In this document: in pieces, positions 26,434-39,321 of the stretch
Layout of the letters: each line of letters begins with the position of its first letter
Position numbering within the stretch: the stretch's first letter is position 1
NCBI GenBank assembly: GCA_030390025.1
Contig: JASTWF010000345.1
Location: 186,001-250,000, forward strand
Length of the DNA: 64,000 bases
From: Squalus acanthias
Lineage: Eukaryota
Reading direction: 5' to 3'
Translations under genes and position numbers: made by a program
The notes under the pieces: generated by a model
Told to the model about the DNA's origin: nothing
What the model saw: the letters and a program-made list of their open reading frames with translations, nothing else
Database searches by the model: none

Positions 26434-27165
26434 AGGTGGCAATTTTGCCAGCCCTGGGGAGGCGGGTTTGGAGGCGAGACTGCCGGGAAAATGGCAGAAT
26501 CTGGGAGCGGGTACCCATCCCGCCCCCAACCCGCCTCCGTGCCATCTTCCCAGGAGGCGGGTACCCGACCCACGCCGGGTCCCGTCTCCTCGAGGCGGGA
26601 AGGGGATTAGTGCCAATTAACTGCCTGTTAACAGGTAGTTAACAGGCAGTTTTTTGGCTAATCCCCATTTTGAGCCCTGAAGTGTGGGCTTCCCAACGGC
26701 TCCGAACCTCGCCAGGGTAAGCGAGGCGGGCCGTCGGTCTGCTGGGGTTGGAGGGGCCGAGATGTCCGGTGTTGAGGTGAGTGATGGGTGCATGTGTGCA
26801 GAGGTAAGTGTGTGAGGTGTGGGTAAAGTGTTTTAAAAGCTTTATTTACCTTTACTTCTTCCTGCAGGCTTCATCCCTTCAGGTCTCGGAGTCCCTCAGC
26901 TCACCGGCACAGAAAGCAGAATGGCCGCTGAACTGTCAAAAGCTGCAGCCTTCTGCTTTCTGCTCAGGAGAGATCTCTAACTGAGCCTGAGTGAAAGGAC
27001 TGAAGTTAGAGGACAGATTGTCAGTGTTTGACAGCTTCACAGAGCTCTCAAACGCTGACATTTCATCTGTCAAAAGCTCTTGACAGATGAAATGTCACTC
27101 GCTGACGTCACCTGTAACTGGCTTTCCCTTAATTGGTCTGCTAAGCTGCAGGCGAATTTGCATAC
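26434..27165. mobile_element. GC-rich MITE-like element (probably Harbinger-related)
   Basis: CpG-rich island in AT-rich DNA, starting with a GGCAATTTT TIR-like motif. Ends uncertain. Confidence 0.4.
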
Positions 27166-27482
27166 AGCAGGGTTCCACAACAGCAATGAGATAAATGACC
27201 AGATAGTCTGTTTTTAGTGAGATTGGTGAGGGATAAATGGTGGCCACGACATTGGGAGGAACTCCTCTGCTCCTCTTCAAATAGTGCCATGGGATCTTTT
27301 ACATCCAATCGAGAGGGCAGATGGGTCCTCATCCAATAGACAGCGCTTCTGACAATGCAGCACTCCTTCAGTACTTCGCTGAAGTGTGAAGCTAGATTAT
27401 GTATTCAAGTTCTGGCGTTGGGTTTGAACCCACAATCTTTTAACTCAGACATGAGAGCGCTACTACTTAGCCAAGGCTGACA
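27165..27482 (-). mobile_element. tRNA-derived SINE (Deu-domain-like)
   Basis: Minus-strand A/B boxes (tggctaagtag, ggttcaaaccc). Body matches 42712-43135. Confidence 0.8.
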
Positions 27483-27671
27483 TTTATCAGAGTTTTTTCC
27501 TGGTTCTACTTCTTCCAGAAGTGTAAGTGTTATACTGGTTACAATATTGTTCTGTGATGAAAGTGTTTTTTTTTAAATTTTGTAATAGTCCAGTACTGTA
27601 TTGAATGTTTCACACATTCATTTTTAAATTTAGTTTTTCATCTTCTTTATAGCTTTATGGATGTTGTTGAT

Positions 27672-28087
27672 GGGAGTGTGTTATTGCATGTCCACATATG
27701 TTAGGGAGTGTGTTAATGCATGTCCACATATGTTAGGGAGTGTGTTATTGCATGTCCACATATGTTAGGGAGTGTGTTATTGCATGTCCACATATGTTAG
27801 GGAGTGTGTTATTGCATGTCCACATATGTTAGGGAGTGTGTTAATGCATGTCCACATATGTTAGGGAGTGTGTTATTGCATGTCCACATATGTTAGGGAG
27901 TGTGTTATTGCATGTCCACATATGTTAGGGAGTGTGTTATTGCATGTCCACATATGTTAGGGAGTGTGTTATTGCATGTCCACATATGTTAGGGAGTGTG
28001 TTAATGCATGTCCACATATGTTAGGGAGTGTGTTATTGCATGTCCACATATGTTAGGGAGTGTATTATTGCATGTCCACATATGTTA
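27672..28087. repeat. Minisatellite, 13 x 32 bp (gggagtgtgttattgcatgtccacatatgtta)
   Basis: Near-perfect head-to-tail units with no spacers. Confidence 0.97.
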
Positions 28088-30284
28088 GGGGAGGACAAGG
28101 GACCAGAAGCTGAAAAACTGACTACAAGGTGAACATTCTATCATTGATGTCATTAAATCAGCTCAGCAAAGTCATTGGTATAAACAGATATTGCAAATGC
28201 TGAGCATGAAATGATTCATATTTGCACTTAATCAGATTGATTGTAGTTTACTTCGGACTACATCACTGGTTATTGGCATCACTAAGAACATAAGAAAGTA
28301 TGAAATGAGAAAAGGCCATTTGGCTCAGAAAACCTGTTCTTTCCTTAGACGAGGGGGGGTTAATTTTACAAGTCTGTCCTACTGGTAGGAAGCCTCGGTA
28401 TTAGTGCACAAAAACTCATGGGTGGTGTATGTGTTCCCAAGTTTCTCATTTCCGCTGCCAGCGGTTGAATTTCTCGCCCATTCTGTATATTTCACTCTAT
28501 CACAGATCCTAGCCAGATCCCCTGAGGACAGGTTCTTCAAAGTTTCCCCCATGGCTCTAGTGGTTCAGGAACCATCATGTTCTACATAGCATTCAATCAT
28601 CTGTCTTTGCTGTTTATATAATCTTCAATGCTATCTCTAATCAGATATTCACACAACTCTTTTTTAAAAGGAGTTGACTGACACATTGTTAACTGCATTA
28701 GCTGAGACTCATGTATCCACAACTCTGTGAGTAAGAATCCTTTTTTTCTGAGAATAGATCCAACTTCATGGCTGGACATGATACACTCCATCGTTTATCA
28801 TAATGAACTTTCTGCTGTAATGCCAGCAAGAGCTGCTCCAAGTTCATCTGTACTTCAATAACGTTGATGAGTTTGTCTTATTTTGGTAATCACTTCTATG
28901 GTCCTCTGATTTGTGTTGTTTACTTGCACATATCACAACCAGGCAAATCAGAAGGAAAATAAAAAGCATGTGCTATAAATGGGCACAAAGGCTACAGGAG
29001 GCTTAAATTATTGCTGTTTTCATGCATCAGATCTGATACATTAAAACAAAGGCAAACACTGGCATCCTGCAAATTTCCAAAAGATTTTGGATGAAAAACC
29101 CTGCCATGGAGTCCGGTATTGTACATATGTTTTCACTTGTCAGTGGTTGCCAAGTATTGCATAAACATGCATTACCGCATCAGGTTTAGTCCTTTCCTAT
29201 CTCATTGTAAGAACAAAGGGATTTTTGATGACCGAGATGGAAACTCACAGAAATGAAATCTATCTGTTCTGGTATTCCCAGAGTACAAATGGTACAATAA
29301 ATTGTTCATTTTGGCTGCTCAGAATGTTAAATGGCTATGTGCCATTAGTTCAGAATAAAATATGTGGAACACTTTGGAGTCGATTCCAAACAAAACTGCC
29401 TAAAGACAGCTAGTCAAGATGATGGATAATACACCCACACATACAAAAGTAAGGCAAATGAAAAATGTAAACTTTAGATACACAGCATATTTAGTATATT
29501 ATCATTTATATAAAGCTAGTGATAGTCTTCTTTCCTTCACAATAATTCTACTGAGATTGTTAATTTTGTGTATTTCCAAGACTTCTAAAGGAACAAAAAT
29601 TTAAAATGAAACTTGGCACTTGGCACACTGAGACTTCCAACCTATAGGGGTAGATCTTGACTTTGTGCTTTGAAGTCAATGGAAATAAAAACCGGGAGAA
29701 CTGTAAAAGAGGCTGTCGATTAGTTATCACTTTCGCACAGAGTCACAATTTACCCCCATGGATTTCAAGGTTCACAATTTGTATTAAATTATTTTGCTTC
29801 TTTTTCCCACCAATTTTCTCTCTATCCCACTACTAGTAGTAGTAGTGATCAGAAGCCAGAACCCTGGCCAATCCACTGGCCTTATTATATAAATTTCCTT
29901 TTTCCTCATTAACTGTTTTTTTATTTATTTCTAGATTTAAAAAATATTTGGGCCTAAGTTTTCCTCTGTGGCGGGATTTCGGCCAGAAATGCATTGGAAC
30001 AGGACTTCCACCAGTCCAATTACTTCTGCCCTGACCCCAGTGGACTTTCTGAACTCAGGCTCATTAGTATGTTGGTGGCGGGCTCCTGATAGTATTTCTG
30101 CTGCCACCGGATACCCGCCTCAGGTGATGCTGAACTGCTCCGTCACTTGTTTGCAGACTCATACCTGCACCTTGGGTCCTCTTTTCCCTAGTTTTTGCCT
30201 GCTACTTCCCAATACCCTGCCCCTTCAGCCTTAGTAAAGGATGCTCATGGGTTGAGATGCGCTTTCACAAGATAATTATGGATG

Positions 30285-30650
30285 AGGAAGGCCATTCAGC
30301 TCTTGTTGATTCATCTATTCAGAGAGATCCTAATGTCAACTCATTGTAGCATCCAATTATTTGTTAAATGATTCCAGGGTTTTTGCCACCATATTTGGAA
30401 ATTTATCCCACTTTTTGATCCCACTCTCTGTATGAAGAAGAATTTCCTGATATCTGTCCTAAAGTTACCCTTCTCTAGTTTGAACCTGCATCCTCTTGTT
30501 CTAATCTTGCAGTTTAATTTAAAGTAATATTCCAGGTTAACTTTTTCTATACTCTTACCTCTATAACAATCTAACACACCTCTACAAGATCACTTCTCAA
30601 ACATTTCCTTTCTAGACAGAAATGCCTAAGTTTTTGCAGTCTTTTCACCT
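30285..30650 (-). mobile_element. Old CR1 LINE 3' fragment
   Basis: RTRGCRFKLEKGNFRTDIRKFFFIQRV. Confidence 0.8.
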
Positions 30651-31946
30651 GCCTAGCTCTTACTTTTTAGTTTTGAAGGTGACATAGGGGGTTAAGACTC
30701 ACCTATAAAAGTAGTCTAAAATATGGATGTTGAAATATCTACAGCAAAAAGGGCAGGAAAGTCTCCAAAAGGTAAGAATTCCCATCTCTTTAAATTTAGC
30801 TGGCACAGTTTTCCTCTTCCGCCACCACTGTCCTCCTTAGATCCATCTTTCTGCAACTGATGTTATGATTAATTATACAAATCGACTGCTATTAGTATTT
30901 GATCTTTCAAGCAGGAATTGTGCCAGTTCTTAACCATTTAGAGCTGGCTTAGATCTGTAGCTGCTAATTCTAGGTCTGAAAAAGAATAGACTCTGTAGCT
31001 ATGGAATGCCACATATGTTCATTATTAATGACCTTAATAAAACATAATCAAAATTTGGTATTTTTCGTCCCTTTCCAATAACTCTATTACTTCTTTTTGG
31101 AGGAGTAGGAATATTCAGAGTGGCACTAAACATGACTGAATAATCCAATAGCATTTCTTCCCAATATTGCACTCCTTTTCATTTGTGTCGACATTTTCAC
31201 TAAGATTATCAAAATGAAGAAAATAAACTCAGTTGTTTTAGGATGACTGATAGTAGCCCATCTCTATGCAGTAATTCATCTTTTATTTTATTATCTGTGG
31301 CTGCTGTCCCTCCTGATTTAATTTATTCTATACTGAGATTAAAAACATTAAAAATATCAGAATGTATCTTGAGGAATCAGTAAATAAAACCAGCCAGCAG
31401 ACACTAAGACTACTGCTATGACTCACAGGAAGGAAATTGGCATTTGGTAGTAATTATATCTCACTTTATAGTAAATAACAACTTTTGCGTTAAATGAAAT
31501 TCAGAGAAAAGCCATAGTCCAAATATATTTAAAAATACAGCGCCAAAACCCATACAAAAGTAGAGCAGAAAAAAGTATTAATACTTAGGGGGAAAAATTA
31601 GGTCGCGCCCCGTTTGGGGCGCAAATATCGTCTGGACGCAAAAATTAGCGCCTGGCGCTAATTATCGCCACTGACTGGAAACTTCACTTTTACCGCCCCG
31701 GGAGGTGAGTGGAGCGCTAAATCAGGCGCTGCACACCTGTCTTAAGGCGCAAAGGCCGAGCAGTGAGGCGCTACCTCAGCGCGCGAGCGCAGCACAGGTG
31801 CTGCCAGTTAGCGAGGGAACACAGACACACTGGCGCCGGCCAGTTCTTAAAGGGGGGGGGGCCAACTTGCTCCCCAGCCACACCCTGCTCATTGCAGCCT
31901 TGAATCTCGGCCTGGAGAGACCTGTGAATCCATTTTGCTGCCAAGG

Positions 31947-33766
31947 ATGGAGAGGGTGAGAGAACGAGCTCAGCGCTTCACCGAGCGGGCCTTGGATGCT
32001 CTGGTTGGCGCGGTGGAGCGCAGAAGATGTATACTCTTCCCTGAGAGTGGCAGGAGGCCTTTGCCACGCGAGTACAGAAGAGTGTGGAGGGAGGTGGCTC
32101 AGAGCGTCTCCTCCAGGAGCATGGTGCCCAGGACCCATGTTCAATGCCGCAAAAAGTTCAACGACCTCACTCGGGTCGTCAGGGTGAGTGGCTTTTTCTC
32201 AATACCTCTCCATCCCTCCATCTCAACCTCACTCTATGGCCAGAGGGTCTTAAAACCCCAATGCACAACACTCATCCAACACCTATGGCCCTTTCATGAA
32301 ACACACACACACATTCCACACTTTGCATACAGTAAGGGCTATTCACCTATGGGAGGCACATCAGGCAAGACCATGGCTGCATACAGTAAGGGCTATTCAC
32401 CTATGGGAGGCACATCAGGCAAGACCATGGCTGTATATTTACTCAGATGCTGTCCTTTTTCTTGCAGGCCAAGCTGGCGCATAATAGGAGACAGCAGCAA
32501 CGGACAGGTGGAGGGCGGCCTCAGCTGCAACCCCTCAGCGATCTGGAGGAGCGCGTCCACAGGATTGTGGCAAGCCGGGTGATCGGTCCCGTCGCCACTG
32601 GAGACGCCGACCCCGTTCTGGACAGCAATGGTAAGGTCATCACCTTTTTGTCCTCTGTCCTTCCACTTGTCCCTCACAACACCAGCCTTTGACACTTTCA
32701 ATCCAACTTGCTAACTCGCTGCACTTCTTCCTCCCTTACTGCCACCCTGTCCTCATGCTAAAGCCACTCTTGTACCTCCCTGCTTTCAGATGGTGATTCA
32801 CCAGCTGAGGAGACGGGCCCTGAAGCTGCCAGTGGGAGTGAAGCTGCAGCCGAGGAGGAAGAGGAAGCCGGAGCATCAGTGCCACCCTCTCCCGAGGAAG
32901 CCCATGCCCACACTGGGAACACGCCTTCCCTGGAGGGGAGCAGGGGGGAAGGGTCTGATGAGGGTGAAGCTCCAGGACCCAGCGGGCTGCAGCAACACCA
33001 TGGGGGTAGGGAAGAACGGGGGCCTTCTCCCCAGAGGGCGAGTATGCCAGCGACTCCTACTGCAATAGACGCAGAGGAGGAGCGGCTGATCGCAGAAATG
33101 AACACCCAGGCGGTGGGCATGCACACTGAGCTCATGGGTGCAGTGGGAAGGGTGCCCGAATACATTGAGTCACTGGCAAGGAGTGTGGAGCACTTCGCTG
33201 TAGCACAGGCGGATGCCACACTAAAGCTTAGTGCTGCAATTCAGTCACTGACTGCCATGATCCCATCTCTGACTGCTCTCATGCAGACTCAGATTGAGGC
33301 CACGCGAGCACTGACTGCTGCCAACCTCGATGGTTCGTTCACATGTCCCCGGGGCTCTCACCGCGCCGCAGCAGGCCAGCAATCTGTGCTCCAGCAGATT
33401 GCTCCGGATGCTGAAGTGCTGCCCCGTGGGAGTGCCAGTGTGTCGGTCGAGCAGGGAGTTGCTGTCCTCTCTCACGATGACAGCATTCCTGCTGCCAACA
33501 CTGTCACTTCTCCACTGCACTTGCCACCGCCTGTAGGACAGACTGCTGCCGCCCATGCAGAGTTGGTGCAGTCTGCAGCCGGGCCCTCCAGGCCCAGAAC
33601 TGGTCGAGGCCGTCCTTCAGGGGCATCTGCAGTGTCAGGGTCTGACAATCAGCAGCCTTCCACCAGCCTTGCTGCAGCCACTGAGGTCCCATTACGGAGG
33701 AGCAGTAGGGTTAGAAGGGGGGAAGTGCGCAAGGGAAGGAGATCACCCTCGAAGGGCAAAAAGTAG
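31947..33766 (+). CDS. Harbinger Myb/SANT-like DNA-binding protein, 3 exons (31947-32183, 32468-32630, 32790-33766), 458 aa
   Basis: RFTERALDAL...VWREVA...RTHVQCRKKFNDL trihelix motif. GT-AG introns (gtgagt/ttgcag, gtaagg/tttcag) join in frame to the TAG at 33766. Confidence 0.88.
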
Positions 33767-34078
33767 GAGGTGTGACAAAATGCTGGTCATTTTTTTATTA
33801 AAGGCTGAGGTTCGTGGTCCAACTTTTGTCTAGTGTTTTGGACATTATCTCCAGGTTGTGAGAACCAGTTATGCTAATGACTGTTTTTTTGTGTTTATTT
33901 CTATGAGTTTGTCATGAGGAAATGACACACACAGAGTTTGTAAAATAAATAAGTTTTTGTATTCAAAATATACATGTTTGGTGTTTGGAATCATTGGTGC
34001 CTTGGCCGGCTTAGGGGTTGCGTGCTGGGTTCATTGATGATGTTAGCAATGGCAGAAGCCATTTCCACAGCAGGGGCC

Positions 34079-35239
34079 CTAGAAGCGGCTTGCTATCAGC
34101 CGTTGACGGACGGCCCTTGCAGTTTCACCATTGTGGGCCGCCCTCCCGCCTTGGTGCTGCTGATGATCATCCTCCTCGTCCTCTTCCTCCTCTTCCTCCT
34201 CCTCCTCTGGTGGTGCTCCAAGGCCTGGTGGCATTGGCTGGGTCCTGACGATTGCCATGTTATGCAACATGCAGCACACAACTACGAAGTTGGATACTCG
34301 CTCAGGCGAGTACTGCAGGGCTCCTCCAGAATGGTCGAGACAGCAGAACCGTTGCTTCAGCACGCCGATTGTGCGCTCAATGATGTTCCTGGTAGCTTGA
34401 TGGCTCTCGTTGTACCGCAGCTCAGCAGGGGTGTTGGGCGTACGGAGCGGTGTCATCAGCCAGGTGCTCAATGGATACCCCTTGTCCCCGAGAAGCCAAC
34501 CAACTGGCTGATGCGGTGCCTCAAAAAGTTCTGCCACAGTAGTCTGTCGCAGGATGAAAGTATCGTGGCAGCTGCCAGGATAGTGGGCATTGACAGCGAG
34601 TATCAGCTGTCTGTGGTCACAGACCAACTGAACATTCAAGGAATGGAACCCCTTTCTGTTCCGGAAATCCTCGGCATTCTCATGTGGAGCACGCAAAGCC
34701 ACATGCGTGCAGTCAATGGCGCCCTGCACCATGGGGAAGCCCGCTACCCTCGCAAAGCCCATAGCACGGTCATGCTGCTTGTCTGGGGTCATAGGGAAGG
34801 AGATGAAGTCTCGTCTCCTTGTGAAGAGGGCATTGGTGACCTGCCGGATGCAGCGATGCACCGCAAACTGGGAGATATTGGCGAGGTCCCCAACAGCAGC
34901 TTGGAATGAGCCAGTGGCGTAGAAGTTCAAAGCCACTGTGACCTTCACTGCCACCGACAGAGACGTCCTGGACCTCAGCTGAGGCTGCAGATCTGGCTGC
35001 AGCAGGTGGCAGAGCTCAGTGACCACCTCCTTGCTGAATCGCAGCCTTCGCAAACACAGCTCCTCGGACATGTGGATGTAGGAGAGCTGTTCACGATATA
35101 CCCTGGGAGGGTAAGCTCTCCTGTACATGCGCCTGATGGGCCTCCTCCGTCTGGCCATCATTGCCACTCTCTGTCTGCGTCTCACTATCCTCCGATTGAG
35201 CTGGAGCAGGACGACGCCCCCAATCATTGCAGCCCCCAT
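34079..35239 (-). CDS. Harbinger (HARBI1-like) DDE transposase, 386 aa from the ATG at 35239
   Basis: GAIDCTHV, NRKGFHSLNVQLVCD, PGSCHD, LLGDKGY, IERTIGVLKQRF, CCMLHN. No stops. Confidence 0.95.
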   Translation of the reverse strand: MGAAMIGGVVLLQLNRRIVRRRQRVAMMARRRRPIRRMYRRAYPPRVYREQLSYIHMSEELCLRRLRFSKEVVTELCHLLQPDLQPQLRSRTSLSVAVKVTVALNFYATGSFQAAVGDLANISQFAVHRCIRQVTNALFTRRRDFISFPMTPDKQHDRAMGFARVAGFPMVQGAIDCTHVALRAPHENAEDFRNRKGFHSLNVQLVCDHRQLILAVNAHYPGSCHDTFILRQTTVAELFEAPHQPVGWLLGDKGYPLSTWLMTPLRTPNTPAELRYNESHQATRNIIERTIGVLKQRFCCLDHSGGALQYSPERVSNFVVVCCMLHNMAIVRTQPMPPGLGAPPEEEEEEEEEDEEDDHQQHQGGRAAHNGETARAVRQRLIASRF

Positions 35240-36132
35240 AGTCTCTTTGCAAGCAAAGTTATGAAGGACAGCAACCAAAGTACCAGCGAAGTTAGGATCA
35301 GTAGGCAAAACTACCTCACAAAGCGTTGACTCAATGCAGAAGTCTCTCTTTCTCTCTCTCCGAATCTCTCTCTCTCTCTCAGAACGAGTGGTGCAAAAAT
35401 GTCAACCACAGAAAAAGACAGGAAGAGGCCCCCTTTAAATAGCGCCCCCCCCCCAGCCCCACAGCGATTGATAGCGTTCCAGTCTTCCGGTCGTTGGATG
35501 CACCAGGCGGTAAGGCAGGGGGCGCCACTCAATTTCCGCTCCGGGGCGCCACAAGGGCGTTGCACCATGGAATGACGTCACAATCTGCGCGCGCAGGTGG
35601 TCGCGGCGGTAAAGTTTAGCGCCGCCGCACAATGTCTAGTTAAGTTCTCTTAAGGCGCTAACGGGAGGCGCAACCAACTGAATTTTTCCCCCTTAGTATT
35701 TTAAACTGTTCAATTGATGCAGAAGCTGTGCAGAAACGTCAATGGCATGCAGGTCTGGTGCATCACAATGACGCGACAGAGTTGTGTAACATGGGGACAC
35801 TCTGGGCTAGAAATTAGAAAAGTTGGAGAATTAGCGCCAGGCGCTAATGCTTTAGATTGCACACAAACTTTGTGTGTACTGCTCAAAAAAATGATTGGCG
35901 TCCTAATTCAAGTCTTAAAGCCCAAGCTCATTGGCGTTACAGTCAAAGGGTGGACCAATATCAGGTGCAGTCTAATCACAAGTCATGATTGCCACAGGCT
36001 TTTTTCAGTACTTAAAGGGGAAGCTCATTGATGCTGCAGGAGCTCATGCTCAGCATTGCTGGCTGTGCAGCTGCCTCAGCAAGCAGAAGCAGGGCAAGGA
36101 GAAGGAGCCGGAGGACTGAAGCAGCTGTACTC

Positions 36133-38003
36133 ATGGCAGATCCACGCACCAGGGAGAGAGCTGGCAGATTCTGTGATCAAGCATTGGAGGCATTGATGTT
36201 TGCTGTGGAGCGACGGAGGGCGGTGCTTTACCCAACAAAAGGCAGGAGGCCCTCGCCACAAGTCTTCTGAACCATGTGGTGGGAGGTAGCACAACACATC
36301 TTGGGCAGCACTGTGGTCCTCAGGACCCACACACTGTGCAGGAAGAAATTTAACGACCTCACTCGGGTGATTAAGGTGAGTGAATGCTTCAACAAATGCT
36401 ACATACCATCATCTGTACCACAATCTTCACACACTGCCCTAAGTACCACACCCCCAGCACTCACCAACCAACAATCTCCACCTACCAACACTCTCACCCA
36501 CATATCGCACCTTGCACACAATGACAGCCATTCAACTATGGCAGGCATATCACCCAAACACATTGCTCCATACTCACTCACAAACTTTCCTTTCTCTTGC
36601 AGGCCAAGATGGCTCACAACAGGAGGGAGCAGGAATGCACAGACAGGGGACAAGCTGACACCCAACCACTGTCTGCACTGGAGAATAGAGTGCTGCAGAT
36701 TATTGGGCACCAGGTGGTGGGTGCCGTGGTCACCGGCAACAACAGTATGTTCATCCCTACTCCTTCTTCTCACATCCCACTTCCCCCTCACCCCACAAGC
36801 GTTTCGCACTTTCCAGCTAATCATGCTGTATGCATGCCTTTCTCCCTTCCTGCCCCTCTCCCCTCACCTTAATCCGACTATTGTGCCTTTATGCTTTCAG
36901 ATAATGAGCAAGCACCTGAGCAGCCTGTCCCTGAGGGCACCATAGAGAGCGAGGTGGGAGAAGAGGAGGAGGAAGAACATACCGCGTCACTGCATGTCTC
37001 ACCCGCAGGCACCAGCTCAGATACTGGCACTACACATTCTTTAGAGGCTAGTATAGTAGCAGGATCTGCACAGGGTGAGGCACCGGGGACGTGTGGGCTG
37101 CAGCAAGTCCAGGGGCAAAGGGTAGCTTGGGGGCCAGGGTGAGTTCCTGCGTGAGCCCTGCTGCACAGGGCTCAGATGAGGACCTCAATGGGGAGGCGTT
37201 TAGAAGAAGGGTGATGGGCAGGCACACAGAGATCATAGGTGCAATGGCAAGGGTGCCCAAGAGCCTCTCAGTAATGGTAAGGAGTGTGGAGGAGTCCACC
37301 TCCAAAATTGCATAAGGCTCTTCGCACATCATGGAGCCCATCATTTCCAGTCTGCAAAGGATGGTAGACTTCCAGAGAGACCGTGGCAATCCAGACCTGT
37401 GTGATGGCTGATCTGGCAGCTTCCATTGCAGCACAGGTGGAAGCGACGCAACATCTTAGTGCTGTAATGAAGTCTATGCTTGGTGGCATCCAATCTCAGA
37501 CTGCTCTCACGCAGTCTCAGCTTGATGCCACGCAAGCTTTGACTGCTGCCATCGTGGCTGGGTCTACCACAGTCAACCGGGGCTTTCACGGTGTCGCAGC
37601 AGGCCAGCAATCTGTGCTCCAACAGATTGCTAGGGATGCTGAGGTGCTGCCCCGGGGGAGTGGCAGTGGGTCAGTGGAGCAGGAACCTGCTGGCCTCTCT
37701 CAGGATGACAGCATTCCTGCTCCCACCACTGCCACTCTGCCATTGTCCTTGTCGCTGCCTGTCATCCAGCCAGCCCAGACTGCTGCTGCCGCCCATGCTG
37801 AGGTGGTGCAGTCTACAGCCGGGCCTTCCAGGTCCAGAGCTGGTCAAGGGCATCCTGCAAGGCCATCTGAAGTCTCCCACACGGACATTCAGCAGCCTTC
37901 CACCAGCCGTGCTGCAGCCACTGGGCCAACACTTCGTAGGAGCACTAAAGTAGGCAAAGGCACAGTAACGAGAGGCACTAAGGGATTGCACAAGGGTAAA
38001 TAG
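36133..38003 (+). pseudogene. Myb/SANT-like gene of the second Harbinger
   Basis: Homologous to 31947-33766 with introns at equivalent sites. Premature stops at 36268 and 37313. Confidence 0.88.
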
Positions 38004-38159
38004 TTAATATTTTTGTTGTAAATATGTGTTCACTGATTGTTGATAAATTTATTCATTCAGTTTGGATTCTTTTGTGGTGTGTCTCATTTCAGCTTTGCGC
38101 TGTTATAAGGCCTGCGATAGGGATGGAATGATGGGGATGTGGTGAGCAAGGGGGATCTG

Positions 38160-39321
38160 GGGTTTAATTCATTCCAACCGCAGTCTGATGAGGTGATCAC
38201 GGACCGCCCTTCCGGAAGGCCGATTGAGTGGCTGCCTCCTCCCTCACTCCTGTTCCTCCTCCTCCTCGTCCAACTCGTCTTCCTCGTCCTCCTCGTCCTC
38301 TCCCTCTTCCTCCTCCTGAGGTGGTCCCACAATCTCTGGAGGCAAGGGCTAGGCCCTCATGATGGCCAAGTTGTGGAGCATGCAGCAAACCACGACAAAA
38401 TGGGACAACCGCTCAGCCGAGTACTGGAGGGCTCCTCGCGAGCGACCAAGGCAGCGGAACCATTGCCTCAGCAGGCCTGATGTTCCTGGTGGCAGCATTA
38501 TATGTGGGCTGGGCAGGAGTGTTGGGGTTGCAGAGGGGAGTCATGAGCCAGGTAGATAGCCCTCGTCTCCGAGCAGCCAGCCACGAGCTTGACGTGGTGG
38601 CTGGAAGAGTGCTGGCACACCGGTCTGGCACAGGATGAAGGCATCGTGGCTGCTGCTAGGATAGCGGGCGTTGACATTGAGGATTCGCTGTCTGTGGTCA
38701 CACACCAACTGCACATTAAGTGAGTGGTAGCCTTTGCGGTTACGGAAAATCTCAGGATTGTTCTGCGGTGCCCGCAAAGCTACGTGGGTGCAGTCAATGG
38801 CACCCTGCAGGGAATCCCGCTATCCTGGCAGAGCCACATGCACGCTCGTCCTGCTTCTCTCTGGTGATGAGGAAAAAAATGTAATCCCTTCTCCTACTGT
38901 AAAGAGCACCTGTGACCTCCCGGATGCAGCGATGGATGGCGAACTGCGAGATGTTAGCTATGTCTCCTGTTGCAGACTGGAAGGATCCACTGGCAAAGAA
39001 ATTGAGGGTGACGGTGACCTTGACTGCCACTGAGAGAGCCATGGTCGCCCTGCTCTGAGGCTGGAGGTCTGGTTGCAGGAGGTGGCAGAATTCTGTGACC
39101 ACCTCCTTGGTGAAGCGGCGCCTTCTAATACACTGCTCCTCTCTTAATTGGAAGTAGGAGAAGTGCTCTTGGAATACCCTCAGAGAGTAAGGCCTCCTGT
39201 TGAGAGCCCTTATGGCCCTCCGCCTCCCTCTGGTCACATGTTCCAGTCTTTCTCGCTGCCTCTGCTGTAGATCCTGGAGGGCGAGGTTGACTGCCAGTAC
39301 AGCTCTCATTAATGTAACCAA
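38160..39321 (-). pseudogene. Transposase of the second Harbinger
   Basis: VAVKVTVTLNFFASGSFQ, NRKGYHSLNVQLVCD and LLGDEGY lie in different frames (frameshifts). Confidence 0.9.

Larger units (their letters stand above)
31588..35692. mobile_element. PIF/Harbinger DNA transposon with both genes coding-intact
   Basis: Perfect 12-bp TIR GGGGGAAAAATT, TTA TSD (31585-31587, 35693-35695), two convergent genes. Confidence 0.97.

Noticed and set aside
27672..28087. CRISPR-like array (32-bp repeats)
   Set aside because: No unique spacers, no cas genes, eukaryotic context
33974..34909. 311-aa plus-strand ORF
   Set aside because: Antisense shadow of the transposase with no recognisable motif
34079..35308. 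Host HARBI1 gene
   Set aside because: Lies within TIRs and a TSD beside a Myb gene, with related decayed copies nearby, so it is a transposon
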